Source: Microcoleus sp.
GTDB lineage: Bacteria; Cyanobacteriota; Cyanobacteriia; Cyanobacteriales; Microcoleaceae
DNA: 64,000 nucleotides
Direction: 5' to 3'
Assembly: GCA_052279835.1 (NCBI GenBank)
Contig: CP181291.1
Location: 1,760,001 to 1,824,000, forward strand
This document shows, piece after piece, positions 37,254 to 47,100 of this stretch. The number at the start of each line of letters is the position of its first letter. The stretch's first letter is position 1. A program made the position numbers and the translations under genes. The notes beneath the pieces are model-generated. The model was not told the DNA's origin. It saw only the letters and a list, made by a program, of their open reading frames with translations, and did not search any database.

Positions 37254-38726
37254 TTAATTCAAGGCCCAATGCACCAGAGTCCGAACTCCAAAACCCGTAG
37301 CCCCAGGGCCGTTGTAGCCATTTTCTTTTTCAATCCAAACCGGGCCAGCAATATCTAAATGCGCCCAAGGAGTATCCTTCACAAACTGCTTTAAAAATAG
37401 AGCGGCCGTAATCGAGCCACCAGCACGAGGGCCAGTGTTTTTCATGTCAGCGTGCAAAGCTTTCAATCCCTCAAAATACTTCTCTTCCATCGGCATTCGC
37501 CAAAACTTTTCCCCAGCCATTTCTGAAGCAGCGACAATTTCCGATGCCACACTATCTTGAGGACTCCACAAACCAGCGATATCATCACCCAAAGCAATTA
37601 CACAGGCACCGGTGAGAGTTGCTAAATCTACGATCGCATCCACTCCCAATTTATCAGCAAATACCAAAGCATCAGCCAGAGTTAAACGCCCTTCTGCATC
37701 GGTATTGTTAACTTCGATAGTTTTGCCATTAGAAGCTGTCAGGATGTCTCCAGGGCGCATAGCGTTGCCGCTGATCATGTTTTCAGTCACGGCACTGATA
37801 AAGTGAACTTCCACATCGGGTTTGATGTGACCGATCGCCTTGGCAGCACCCAAAGTAGCCGCCGCACCGCCCATATCGACTTTCATGATTTCAATGCCAC
37901 TGCCCGTTGGTTTGATGTTCAAACCGCCGGAATCGAAAGTCAATCCTTTGCCCACAATGGCGATTTTGCGCCGCGGTTTGCCTTCTGGTTTATAAATCAG
38001 GTGAATGAATTTTGGTGGCAAGTCCGATGCTTTGGCAACGCCCAGAAATGCTCCCATACCTAGTTTTTCGCAGTCTGCTTGCTCCAATATTGTTAATTCT
38101 AAACCGCATTCAGCAGCAAGACTCTGGGCAGTTTCTGCCATAGTAATTGGGGTCACGAAATTAGCTGGCGCTGCGACTAATTCCCGTGCTAAAATGACTC
38201 CGGCAGTGATTTGTCTGGCGCGGACGATCGCGCTTTCGCAACCGACAAAACCCAGCAAGTCTACTTGCTCGATCGCACCGCTTTTGTCTTCGGATTCCGA
38301 CTTGAAACGGTGATCTTGATGGACGGCAAGTTCTATACCTTCGACGATCGCACTAGCTGTAGCATCCGGCGCATTTTGCCACACCGGAAAGCTCAGGCCG
38401 AGGGTTTTACATTTTTCCTTTTTCGCTAGCTTGGCACACATACCTGCTGCTTGTCGCAGAGTATCTAATTTTAAGTTTTCAGAAGAACCTAAACCGACGA
38501 TCGCAATTTTACGTAGCAGACTTTTGCCCCCAACACGGGTAATGGCAATCGTACCAGCTTTGCCCTGAAAATCTGTTTCCAGTAGCAGCTCTTTCAAAGT
38601 GCCTGTAAGCTGTTCATCTAATTGTGCCAAGTCGCCGGTGAGCTCTACCGCGTCTTCAAATAGACCAATTGCCAGGGCATCTCCTGTCCACACAGAGCGG
38701 GGTGTATCGGTGACTCGAAATTCCAT
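37254..38726 (-). CDS. pepA: Leucyl aminopeptidase (M17)
   Basis: [26 protein letters not shown] and ATLTGA motifs. Likely start 38726. Confidence 0.95.
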   Translation of the reverse strand: MEFRVTDTPRSVWTGDALAIGLFEDAVELTGDLAQLDEQLTGTLKELLLETDFQGKAGTIAITRVGGKSLLRKIAIVGLGSSENLKLDTLRQAAGMCAKLAKKEKCKTLGLSFPVWQNAPDATASAIVEGIELAVHQDHRFKSESEDKSGAIEQVDLLGFVGCESAIVRARQITAGVILARELVAAPANFVTPITMAETAQSLAAECGLELTILEQADCEKLGMGAFLGVAKASDLPPKFIHLIYKPEGKPRRKIAIVGKGLTFDSGGLNIKPTGSGIEIMKVDMGGAAATLGAAKAIGHIKPDVEVHFISAVTENMISGNAMRPGDILTASNGKTIEVNNTDAEGRLTLADALVFADKLGVDAIVDLATLTGACVIALGDDIAGLWSPQDSVASEIVAASEMAGEKFWRMPMEEKYFEGLKALHADMKNTGPRAGGSITAALFLKQFVKDTPWAHLDIAGPVWIEKENGYNGPGATGFGVRTLVHWALN

Positions 38727-38953
38727 GTTTTGATTTGCTGTTAAGATTTTAGATTTTGATTGTACTTTGTCCGACCTGGTTTGTCGCTTTTTATTTTTCC
38801 AAAATATATAGAGCGATCGGACAAATTCCCCAGTCCGCGTCAAAATAAATTCTGGTACTATACGGCGAAGTCTCCCTTTGCTGATGTCAGGCACCGCCGT
38901 ATAGCATCTGTTTCCAGGCAGGCTAGAACCTCCTTACTTTCTTAAATTATCCC

Positions 38954-41155
38954 ATGCTAAAGCGACGCAAAACTCAACTTTCTGTTTTAATGGGTGTTTC
39001 AATTTGCGTTATAGCGATCGGCTCTTTGCTGACCTTTGCCAAATTGATGGGTGTCGGCCCATTCCACAAAGCTGAACCAGTCAAGGACATAGCCAATGCC
39101 GAATCGGAAGTTACAAGCCTGGTATCCCTCTCTGCGGTGGAGAGGGCGACGAAATTAGATGCGATCGCCACCAGTAAATCTGCACCGACAAATCCCCAAC
39201 AGCAAGTCTCCTCTCAAAGCCGCGCCCGCTACCTCCTGGCCACGGATTTAATCCAGCAAGGAAATCCCGCCAAAGCATTAAATTTATTGGACAAATTAGA
39301 GCAAGAATATCCACTTTTAGCCTCTCACATTGCCCTGAAACGGGCAGAAGCTTACCAATTAAGTGGCGATCGGGACAAAGCCGAAACAGCTTGGCAATCA
39401 CTGCTAAAAAATTATCCCAACGACCCAGTAGCTGTGGAAGCATTATATGTTTTAGGCAAATCCCAACCAGAATATTGGCAGCAGGCAATCACTCAATTTC
39501 CCGCCCATCCCCGCAGCGTAGAAATTGCCCTGGCTAAGTTAAAAGAAAATTCCAATCAGCCACCGTTGATGCTGATAGTAGCAAAACATGGTCATTATGT
39601 CAATAATTATGGTACACTTTTAGAACAATTGGTGCAGCAAAACAGCAGCGCCTTGAAACCGGAAGATTGGGAAGAAATAGCTTTTGGCTATTGGGAAAAA
39701 CAAGATTACGGCAAAGGAGCGATCGCCTACGGGAAAGCTCCCCGCACCGCCAAAAATCTTTACCGCAAAGCTCGCGGTTTGTGGCTAGATGGGAAAATAC
39801 CAGAATCGAAAATTGCCTATCAAGAATTAGTCAACCAATTTCCCGATGCCGAAGATACCGGTTTAGGCTTAATCAGGCTGTCGCGCTTGAACGAACCCAA
39901 AGATGCGATCGTTTTGCTCGATCGAGTCATTAGCAACTTCCCCAATCATGCCGCCGAAGCTTTATTCGATAAATCCCAACTCCTCGACAAATTAGGCAGC
40001 GCCACCTCTGCCTCCGACAACCGCAAACTACTCTTAAAAAAATACAACAATTCCGATCAAGCAGGCGCACTGCGATGGACTGTCGCCCAGCAATTTGCCA
40101 AAGCCGGAGATCTAAATTCAGCTTGGCAATGGGCCAGAGAACTCACCACCCACAATCCAGACAGCGAACTAGCACCAGAAGCAGCATTTTGGGTAGGCAA
40201 ATGGGCAAAACAAATCGGTCGCGAACAGGACGCAAAAACAGCTTTTGAATACACTATTTTACGCTATCCCGAATCCTACTTTGCATGGCGATCGGCTGTA
40301 CTTCTCGGCTGGGCTGTAGGCGACTTTACCACAGTCCGAGACCTATCTCCCAATGTAGTCCGCCCCCCTCAGCGCCTGGAACCAACCGCAGGTTCTCCAG
40401 TTTTGAAAGAACTCTATCAATTAGGTCAAGACAGAGATGCTTGGAAACTGTGGCAAGTAGAATTTACCAACCGAGTAGAACCCACTATTTCCGAACAATT
40501 TACTGACGGTTTAATGCGAATTGGTGTCGGAGATAACCTAGACGGTTTGTGGATGGTTGGGAGTTTGCGCAACCGGGAAGAACCAGAAGAAAGAAAGGAA
40601 TATTTAGCCTTAAGACAGCAGCCCTATTACTGGCAAGCATTATATCCCTTTCCTTACTTAGAAAACATAGTAAAATGGTCTCAAGAACGCAAAATTAACT
40701 CGCTTTTGGTCACATCATTAATTCGGCAAGAATCCAGATTTATGCCCAAAATTAAATCAGCAGTCGGGGCCACAGGTTTAATGCAAGTCATGCCGGAAAC
40801 AGCAACCTGGGTTGCCGATAAAATTAACCTCAAAAAGTATTCATTGGAAAATGTAGACGACAATATTAAACTCGGTACATGGTATTTAGGTAACACCCAC
40901 GACGAATACAAGAATAACTCAATGTTAGCTGTGGCTAGTTACAATGCTGGACCAAATGCAGTAGCAGATTGGTTGAAGAGGTTTAGTTTTAGTGACCCGG
41001 ATGCTTTTGCCGAGAAAATTCCGTTTCCTGAAACCAAAGGATATGTGAAATCTGTGTTTGAAAATTACTGGAATTATCTGCGAATTTACAATCCAGAAGT
41101 TAGTAAGTTAATCGCCGATAATTACGCTGCTTCTCAAACAAAAGCCAAACCTTAA
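38954..41155 (+). CDS. slt: Soluble lytic murein transglycosylase with TPR region
   Basis: IRQESRF, SAVGATGLMQVMP, ASYNAGP and IPFPETKGYV motifs. Confidence 0.9.
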   Translation: MLKRRKTQLSVLMGVSICVIAIGSLLTFAKLMGVGPFHKAEPVKDIANAESEVTSLVSLSAVERATKLDAIATSKSAPTNPQQQVSSQSRARYLLATDLIQQGNPAKALNLLDKLEQEYPLLASHIALKRAEAYQLSGDRDKAETAWQSLLKNYPNDPVAVEALYVLGKSQPEYWQQAITQFPAHPRSVEIALAKLKENSNQPPLMLIVAKHGHYVNNYGTLLEQLVQQNSSALKPEDWEEIAFGYWEKQDYGKGAIAYGKAPRTAKNLYRKARGLWLDGKIPESKIAYQELVNQFPDAEDTGLGLIRLSRLNEPKDAIVLLDRVISNFPNHAAEALFDKSQLLDKLGSATSASDNRKLLLKKYNNSDQAGALRWTVAQQFAKAGDLNSAWQWARELTTHNPDSELAPEAAFWVGKWAKQIGREQDAKTAFEYTILRYPESYFAWRSAVLLGWAVGDFTTVRDLSPNVVRPPQRLEPTAGSPVLKELYQLGQDRDAWKLWQVEFTNRVEPTISEQFTDGLMRIGVGDNLDGLWMVGSLRNREEPEERKEYLALRQQPYYWQALYPFPYLENIVKWSQERKINSLLVTSLIRQESRFMPKIKSAVGATGLMQVMPETATWVADKINLKKYSLENVDDNIKLGTWYLGNTHDEYKNNSMLAVASYNAGPNAVADWLKRFSFSDPDAFAEKIPFPETKGYVKSVFENYWNYLRIYNPEVSKLIADNYAASQTKAKP

Positions 41156-41515
41156 TCAAGGAATCAGGAAGAAATATGAAGGCATAAGGAAGAGATAACT
41201 AATTACTACTAACTCCTACTAATCGGCATCTTCTATTATCCGATTAAAGAAACATAAATATTGTAGGGGCGGGTTTTACCAACCATAATTGCCTAAAATC
41301 CCCAATCTCCTAAACCCGCCCCCACCCAACGGCAAATCCTCATCTACCTCTATATTTTAAAACACAATAAAACACAACCCAAATCTGTATAAAACCTTAA
41401 AATTGGCTAATTCCAAAAAACATCCTAAATTCTTACATTACACTGTAGTTAATGTCAATTCCAGGAATTGTGCAAACGAATCCCTATTGAACTGACCAAA
41501 GGATACAAAAAAAAC

Positions 41516-42958
41516 ATGGATATCTTATCTAACACCGTAGCGCTATCGCGAATGCAATTTGCGCTAACCGCTATATTTCATATGCTGTGGCCAGTTCTCA
41601 CTACGGGAATGGGAATTTATCTGGTAATTGTTGAGGGAATGTGGCTAAAAACTCGCAATCCTGACTATTACCATCATGCTCGTTTTTGGTCTCAACTCTA
41701 TGTCTTAAACTTCGGTATTGGAGTAGCTTCCGGCATTCCCATGGAGTTTCAATTCGGCACAAATTGGGCACCATTTTCCGAAGCGGTTGGTGACTTTTTT
41801 GGCAGTATTTTAGGCTTTGAAGCTTCCATGGCATTTATGCTAGAAGCCGGCTTTTTAGGAATTATGCTGTTTGGTTGGGGGCGCGTTCACCCGATCGTCC
41901 ACTACATTGCTACAATCATGGTAGCCTTCGGCGCAAACCTATCAACAGTCTGGATTCTAGTCGCTAACTCTTGGCTGCAAACACCCGCCGGCGGAGAAAT
42001 GGTCAATGGCAAGTTTGTTGTCACCGATTACTTCCAAGCAATCATGAACCCCTTCGCATTAAACAGCATTCTCCATATGTTTTTTGCGACACTAGAAACT
42101 TCGCTGTTTGTCATTGGAGGAATTAGCGCTTGGTACATTCTGAATCAGCGCAACGAAGCCTTTTTTTCCAAATCTTTAAAGATTGCCATAGCTACCGCCA
42201 TTGCCGTTGCACCTTTACAGATATTCATCGGACATTTGAGCGCCGAACAAGTCTATCACTATCAGCCCACAAAATTAGCAGCCATCGAAGCTAAGTGGGA
42301 AACCTCCCCAGCCGGAAGTTCCGCCGATTGGACTTTAATGGCTCTTCCTAATGAAAAAGCCCAAAAAAATGACTGGGAAATCAAAGTTCCCAATGGCTTG
42401 GGATACGTTCTAGAATTCAAACAAAAACTCTCGGAACCAGTCCTAGGATTAAAAGAATGGAAACCAGAAGATAGACCCAAAATGGTAGGTTTAATCTACT
42501 ATTGTTTCCGTATTATGTCCGGCATTGGATTCTTGTTTGTAGGATTGATGCTATTCAGTACAATTCAGTGGAGTCGAGGCAAACTTTCCCCAGAAAATAT
42601 CAGGAGTCAACCTTGGCTAATGCGCGCTTGGGTATTAGCAGCGCCCCTAGGTTATATAGCTGTAGAATCAGGTTGGATTGTCCGCTGTGTCGGTAGACAA
42701 CCTTGGGCTTTATACGGGCAAATTCGCACGGCTGATGCGGTGTCAAACATCCCCGCTAGCAATGTTTTAACTTCCCTCAGTTTCTTTGCAGCTATTTACA
42801 GCTTTTTGTTTGTTTGTGCCATGTATTTTGGCAGCCGCATTATCCGCAAAGGGCCTAATTTAAATCTGCCAGTGCCAGGTTTAGACAATCAACCAGCCAT
42901 CGAAACTGAACCCGCAGAACACATTCCCGATCAACGTCCCGCAGAAGCACAACAATAG
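41516..42958 (+). CDS. cydA: Cytochrome bd ubiquinol oxidase subunit I
   Basis: LSRMQFA...FH, EFQFGTNW, QPTKLAAIE and GRQPW motifs. ATG at 41516. Confidence 0.97.
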   Translation: MDILSNTVALSRMQFALTAIFHMLWPVLTTGMGIYLVIVEGMWLKTRNPDYYHHARFWSQLYVLNFGIGVASGIPMEFQFGTNWAPFSEAVGDFFGSILGFEASMAFMLEAGFLGIMLFGWGRVHPIVHYIATIMVAFGANLSTVWILVANSWLQTPAGGEMVNGKFVVTDYFQAIMNPFALNSILHMFFATLETSLFVIGGISAWYILNQRNEAFFSKSLKIAIATAIAVAPLQIFIGHLSAEQVYHYQPTKLAAIEAKWETSPAGSSADWTLMALPNEKAQKNDWEIKVPNGLGYVLEFKQKLSEPVLGLKEWKPEDRPKMVGLIYYCFRIMSGIGFLFVGLMLFSTIQWSRGKLSPENIRSQPWLMRAWVLAAPLGYIAVESGWIVRCVGRQPWALYGQIRTADAVSNIPASNVLTSLSFFAAIYSFLFVCAMYFGSRIIRKGPNLNLPVPGLDNQPAIETEPAEHIPDQRPAEAQQ

Positions 42959-42966
42959 GAGATTTT

Positions 42967-43980
42967 ATGCAAGCTTTGGAGCATTTTCTCCCGCAAGTCT
43001 GGTTCGTAATTTTGGGTCTATTTCTATTACTCTACGTCATGCTAGACGGTTTTGATTTAGGAGTAGGAATCTTGTCTCTGACTGCTGATGACGATGAACG
43101 CAGGGGCATTTTAATGACAAGTTTGGGCAATGTTTGGGATGCTAACGAAACTTGGTTAGTTTTGATGGGAGGCGCTTTATTTGGGGCTTTTCCGCTAGCT
43201 TATGGCACGATTTTAACTGCCTTGTACATACCCATTTGTATGATGCTTTTTGGGTTGATATTTCGGGCTGTAGCCTTTGAATTTCGCGAGCATTCTAATC
43301 GGAAGTTATTCTGGAATTATGCCTTCGGGGCCGGTAGTTTTCTGGCTGCTTTAGCTCAAGGATTTGCCCTCGGTGCGGTGCTCGAAGGCATTGCGGTGGA
43401 TGAAGCAGGTCACTTTGTGGGTACTACTTGGGATTGGCTGGATTGGCGATCGATCTTAGTGGCTTTAACCTTAGTTCAAGGTTACGTTTTGATTGGTTCT
43501 ACCTATTTGATCATGAAAACAGATGGGGAACTGCAAACCACTCACTATCGCACCGCTAAAATTGCGGCCGTGACGACGTTAATCGGAGCCATTTTGATTA
43601 CCATCGCCACTCCCATTTTTTATGAAAGTACCAGAGCAAGATTGTTCGAGAAACCGCTAGTTTATGTCTTTGCGACAATTCCTGTGCTGGGATTGTTGCT
43701 AGTTGGACTCTTGCTAAGAAGTCTAGAAAGGAAAGAAGAACGCACGCCATTTGTCTGGACAATTTTGATTTTTTTGCTGAGTTTTATCGGCTTGGGATTG
43801 ATTGTTTTTCCGTACATAATTCCCACGCAACTCACGATTTATCAAGCGGCGGCTGCGCCCAGCGCCCTGGTATTTATGATTGTGTTTATTGGCTTTCTGA
43901 TCCCGATTATGATTTTCTACAACATCTACAATTATGTGGTGTTTCGGGGTAAGGTTGCTGGCGGACACTACGGAGAATAA
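42967..43980 (+). CDS. cydB: Cytochrome bd ubiquinol oxidase subunit II
   Basis: LDGFDLGVG, WDANETWLV and FRAVAFEFR motifs. Confidence 0.97.
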   Translation: MQALEHFLPQVWFVILGLFLLLYVMLDGFDLGVGILSLTADDDERRGILMTSLGNVWDANETWLVLMGGALFGAFPLAYGTILTALYIPICMMLFGLIFRAVAFEFREHSNRKLFWNYAFGAGSFLAALAQGFALGAVLEGIAVDEAGHFVGTTWDWLDWRSILVALTLVQGYVLIGSTYLIMKTDGELQTTHYRTAKIAAVTTLIGAILITIATPIFYESTRARLFEKPLVYVFATIPVLGLLLVGLLLRSLERKEERTPFVWTILIFLLSFIGLGLIVFPYIIPTQLTIYQAAAAPSALVFMIVFIGFLIPIMIFYNIYNYVVFRGKVAGGHYGE

Positions 43981-44054
43981 AACCGTAAATACACGCAGGT
44001 ATACGTAGATAATTCCCACTCTATATCTGCGTATACCTGCGTGTATCTGCGGTT
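43981..44054. repeat. Long imperfect inverted repeat after cydB (terminator or dispersed repeat)
   Basis: AACCGTAAATACACGCAGGTATACGTAGAT ... ATCTGCGTATACCTGCGTGTATCTGCGGTT. Confidence 0.7.
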
Positions 44055-44198
44055 AAAAATTATAAATTATTCTTTTCTGATACCATCACAACTTACGCAA
44101 CAGTGTTTTAGATCACTATCCCTATTAAATAATAAAATAGAATGGAATGGAACCGCAGGTTCTAATTCTACTGTTGTGTAATAGAAGAGGAAGGAGCT

Positions 44199-47100
44199 AT
44201 GGATGTAACAAATGTATTGGGTTATCAGATTACAGAGCAACTTTATACAGGTACGCGAACCCTAGTCTATCGAGCAATCCGTACTAGCGATCGCCATCCA
44301 GTCGTCATCAAAATACTGCGGAACGAATACCCCAACTTCAACGAGATACTGGGTTTTCGCAACCAGTACACCATCGCCAAAAATCTCAATCTCCCTAGCA
44401 TCATTAAACCCCTGAGCCTAGAACCATACAACAATAGCTATACCCTAGTCATGGAAGACTTTGGGGGAGTCTCCCTCTCTACTTATCTTAAAGCAGCAAC
44501 AGATCGAAATCAACCTCATAAATATTTATCTTTAACAGAATTTCTTAACCTAGCTCTGCAACTAGCTGATATTCTTCACTATCTCTACCAAAAACGAGTA
44601 ATTCATAAAGACATCAAACCCGCAAATATTTTAATTAATCCCCACACTACAAAAGTCAAACTCATTGATTTTAGTATCGCTTCTCTATTACCAAGAGAAA
44701 CCCAAGAAATTCTGAATCCCAACGTCCTCGAAGGAACATTAGCCTATATTTCTCCAGAACAAACCGGGAGAATGAATCGCGGCATTGACTACCGTAGCGA
44801 CTTTTATTCCCTAGGTGTTACCTTCTATGAATTGTTGACAGGTACTTTACCTTTTGTATCAGACGATCCGATGGAATTGGTGCATTGTCATCTAGCTAAA
44901 CAGTCGATGGCAATCCATGAAGTAAATCCAGAAATTCCGCTAGTTTTATCAGAAATTGTCAGTAAACTGATGGCAAAAAATGCCGAAGACCGCTATCAGA
45001 GTGCATTAGGACTGAAACAGGACCTAGAAAACTGTCAATTGCAATTACAACAAACGGGCACAATAGAGTTTTTCCCAATAGGGAAACAGGATGTTACCGA
45101 CCGATTTATAATTCCAGAAAAACTCTACGGACGGGAATTAGAAGTCCAAACAATACTCGCTGCATTTGAACGGATTGCATCAGGAACAAACCCCCAACTA
45201 CCGTTAATAAGGCAGTCTTCTCAAGCTCAGGTTATTAATGGGGGCGGGGAGAGTTCGCATTTATCCGGTAGTGAACTGATACTGGTAGCGGGCTGCTCTG
45301 GCATCGGTAAAACGGCCGTGGTTAATGAAGTTCATAAGCCGATTGTCAGACAGCGAGGCTATTTCATTAAAGGCAAATACGATCAATTCCAGCGCAATAT
45401 TCCACTCTCAGCCTTTGTGCAAGCATTTCGAGACTTAATGGGGCAAATCCTGAGTGAAACTGATGTCCAATTACAAGGGTGGAAACATAAAATTTTAGCA
45501 GCCTTGGGTGATAATGCCCAACTGATTATTGAAGTGATTCCCGAATTAGAAAAAATTATTGGTAAACAACCACCTGTGGTCGAACTTATTGGCACAGCAG
45601 CTCAAAATCGCTTCAATTTACTCTTTCAAAAATTCATTAAACTTCTGAGTACCAAAGAGCATCCATTGGTGATTTTTTTAGATGACTTGCAGTGGACGGA
45701 TTCAGCATCTATGAATTTACTCAAATTGCTGATGACTGAAACTGATACTAGGCATCTACTGCTGATTGGAGCTTATCGCGATCGCGAAATTTTTCCCGCA
45801 CATCCCTTAATGTTGACCTTAGAGGAAATTCGCAAAGCCAAGGCAACAGTCAACACTATCACCCTAGCACCCCTCAATCACTCGGATATCAATCACCTGA
45901 TTGCCGATACCCTCCACTGTTCGGTAGCGATCGCACAACCCCTCACCGATTTGGTGTATCAAAAAACCCTGGGTAATCCCTTTTTCACCACCCAGTTTGT
46001 CAAGGTATTGCATGGGGATGGTTTGATTACCTTTACCCCTTTAACCAACACTAACGGGGGACAAAGGGGGGGATGGGAATGTAAAATTGCCCAAATCAAA
46101 GAGTTGGCATTAACCGATGATATAGTCGAGTTCATGGCTGGGCAATTGCAAAAATTGCCACCAGAAACCCAGTCAATCCTGAAACTAGCAGCGGCGATTG
46201 GCAATCAATTCGATCTAGGAACCTTGGCCATCGTCGCTGAAAAATCCCCAACGGATGCTGCTGCCGATTTGTGGGCCGCTTTACAGGAAGGATTAGTAAT
46301 TCCTAACAGCGAAATTTATAAATTTTATCAAGCTAAATCAGCAGCTTCAGAAAATTTTAATAATTCCGCAGAATTGACTATTACTTATAAATTTTTACAT
46401 GACCGGGTACAACAAGCTGCTTATTCCTTAATTCCCGATCGCCAAAAACAGGAAACCCACTTAAAAATTGGGCAACTGTTGTTCGCCAATACTTCGGCTC
46501 AACAACAAGAACAGAGGATTTTTGAAATTGTCAATCAATTGAATATGGGAGCCGAGTTGATAACTGCGGAGGTGGAGCGGGATCGACTGGCTCAATTGAA
46601 TCTGATGGCTGGACGCAAAGCTAAGGTAGCAACGGCTTATGCAGCGGCGATCGCTTATTTGAGAGCTGGTTTAACACTGCTGGCGGTTGATAGTTGGCAA
46701 ACTCAGAACGAATTGACCCTAGTGCTGCACGAGGAAAGTGCAGAAGTGGAATATCTCAATACTAACTTCGATGAGGCGAGAAATTTTGCCCAAATAATTT
46801 TGCAAAATACAGCCAGTTTATTAGAGCAGCTCAAATCTTCGGAACTTGTCGTGCAGATTTATATTGCTGAAGGTAAACTGCTCACAGCAATTGAAAATGG
46901 AGTGGAGTTACTGTCTAAGTTAGGAGTGATTTTATTGAGCCAAACAGAGGCACAAAGCATGAACTTTCAACTCCCTGCTGTCACAGAATTGGCTCAAGTT
47001 CCCCAAATGACCGATCCCTACCAACTGGCAGCTTTCAGAATTTTGATCGCAATTACACCTCCAGTTCATCGCACGCAACCTGAATTATTTCCGGGAATTG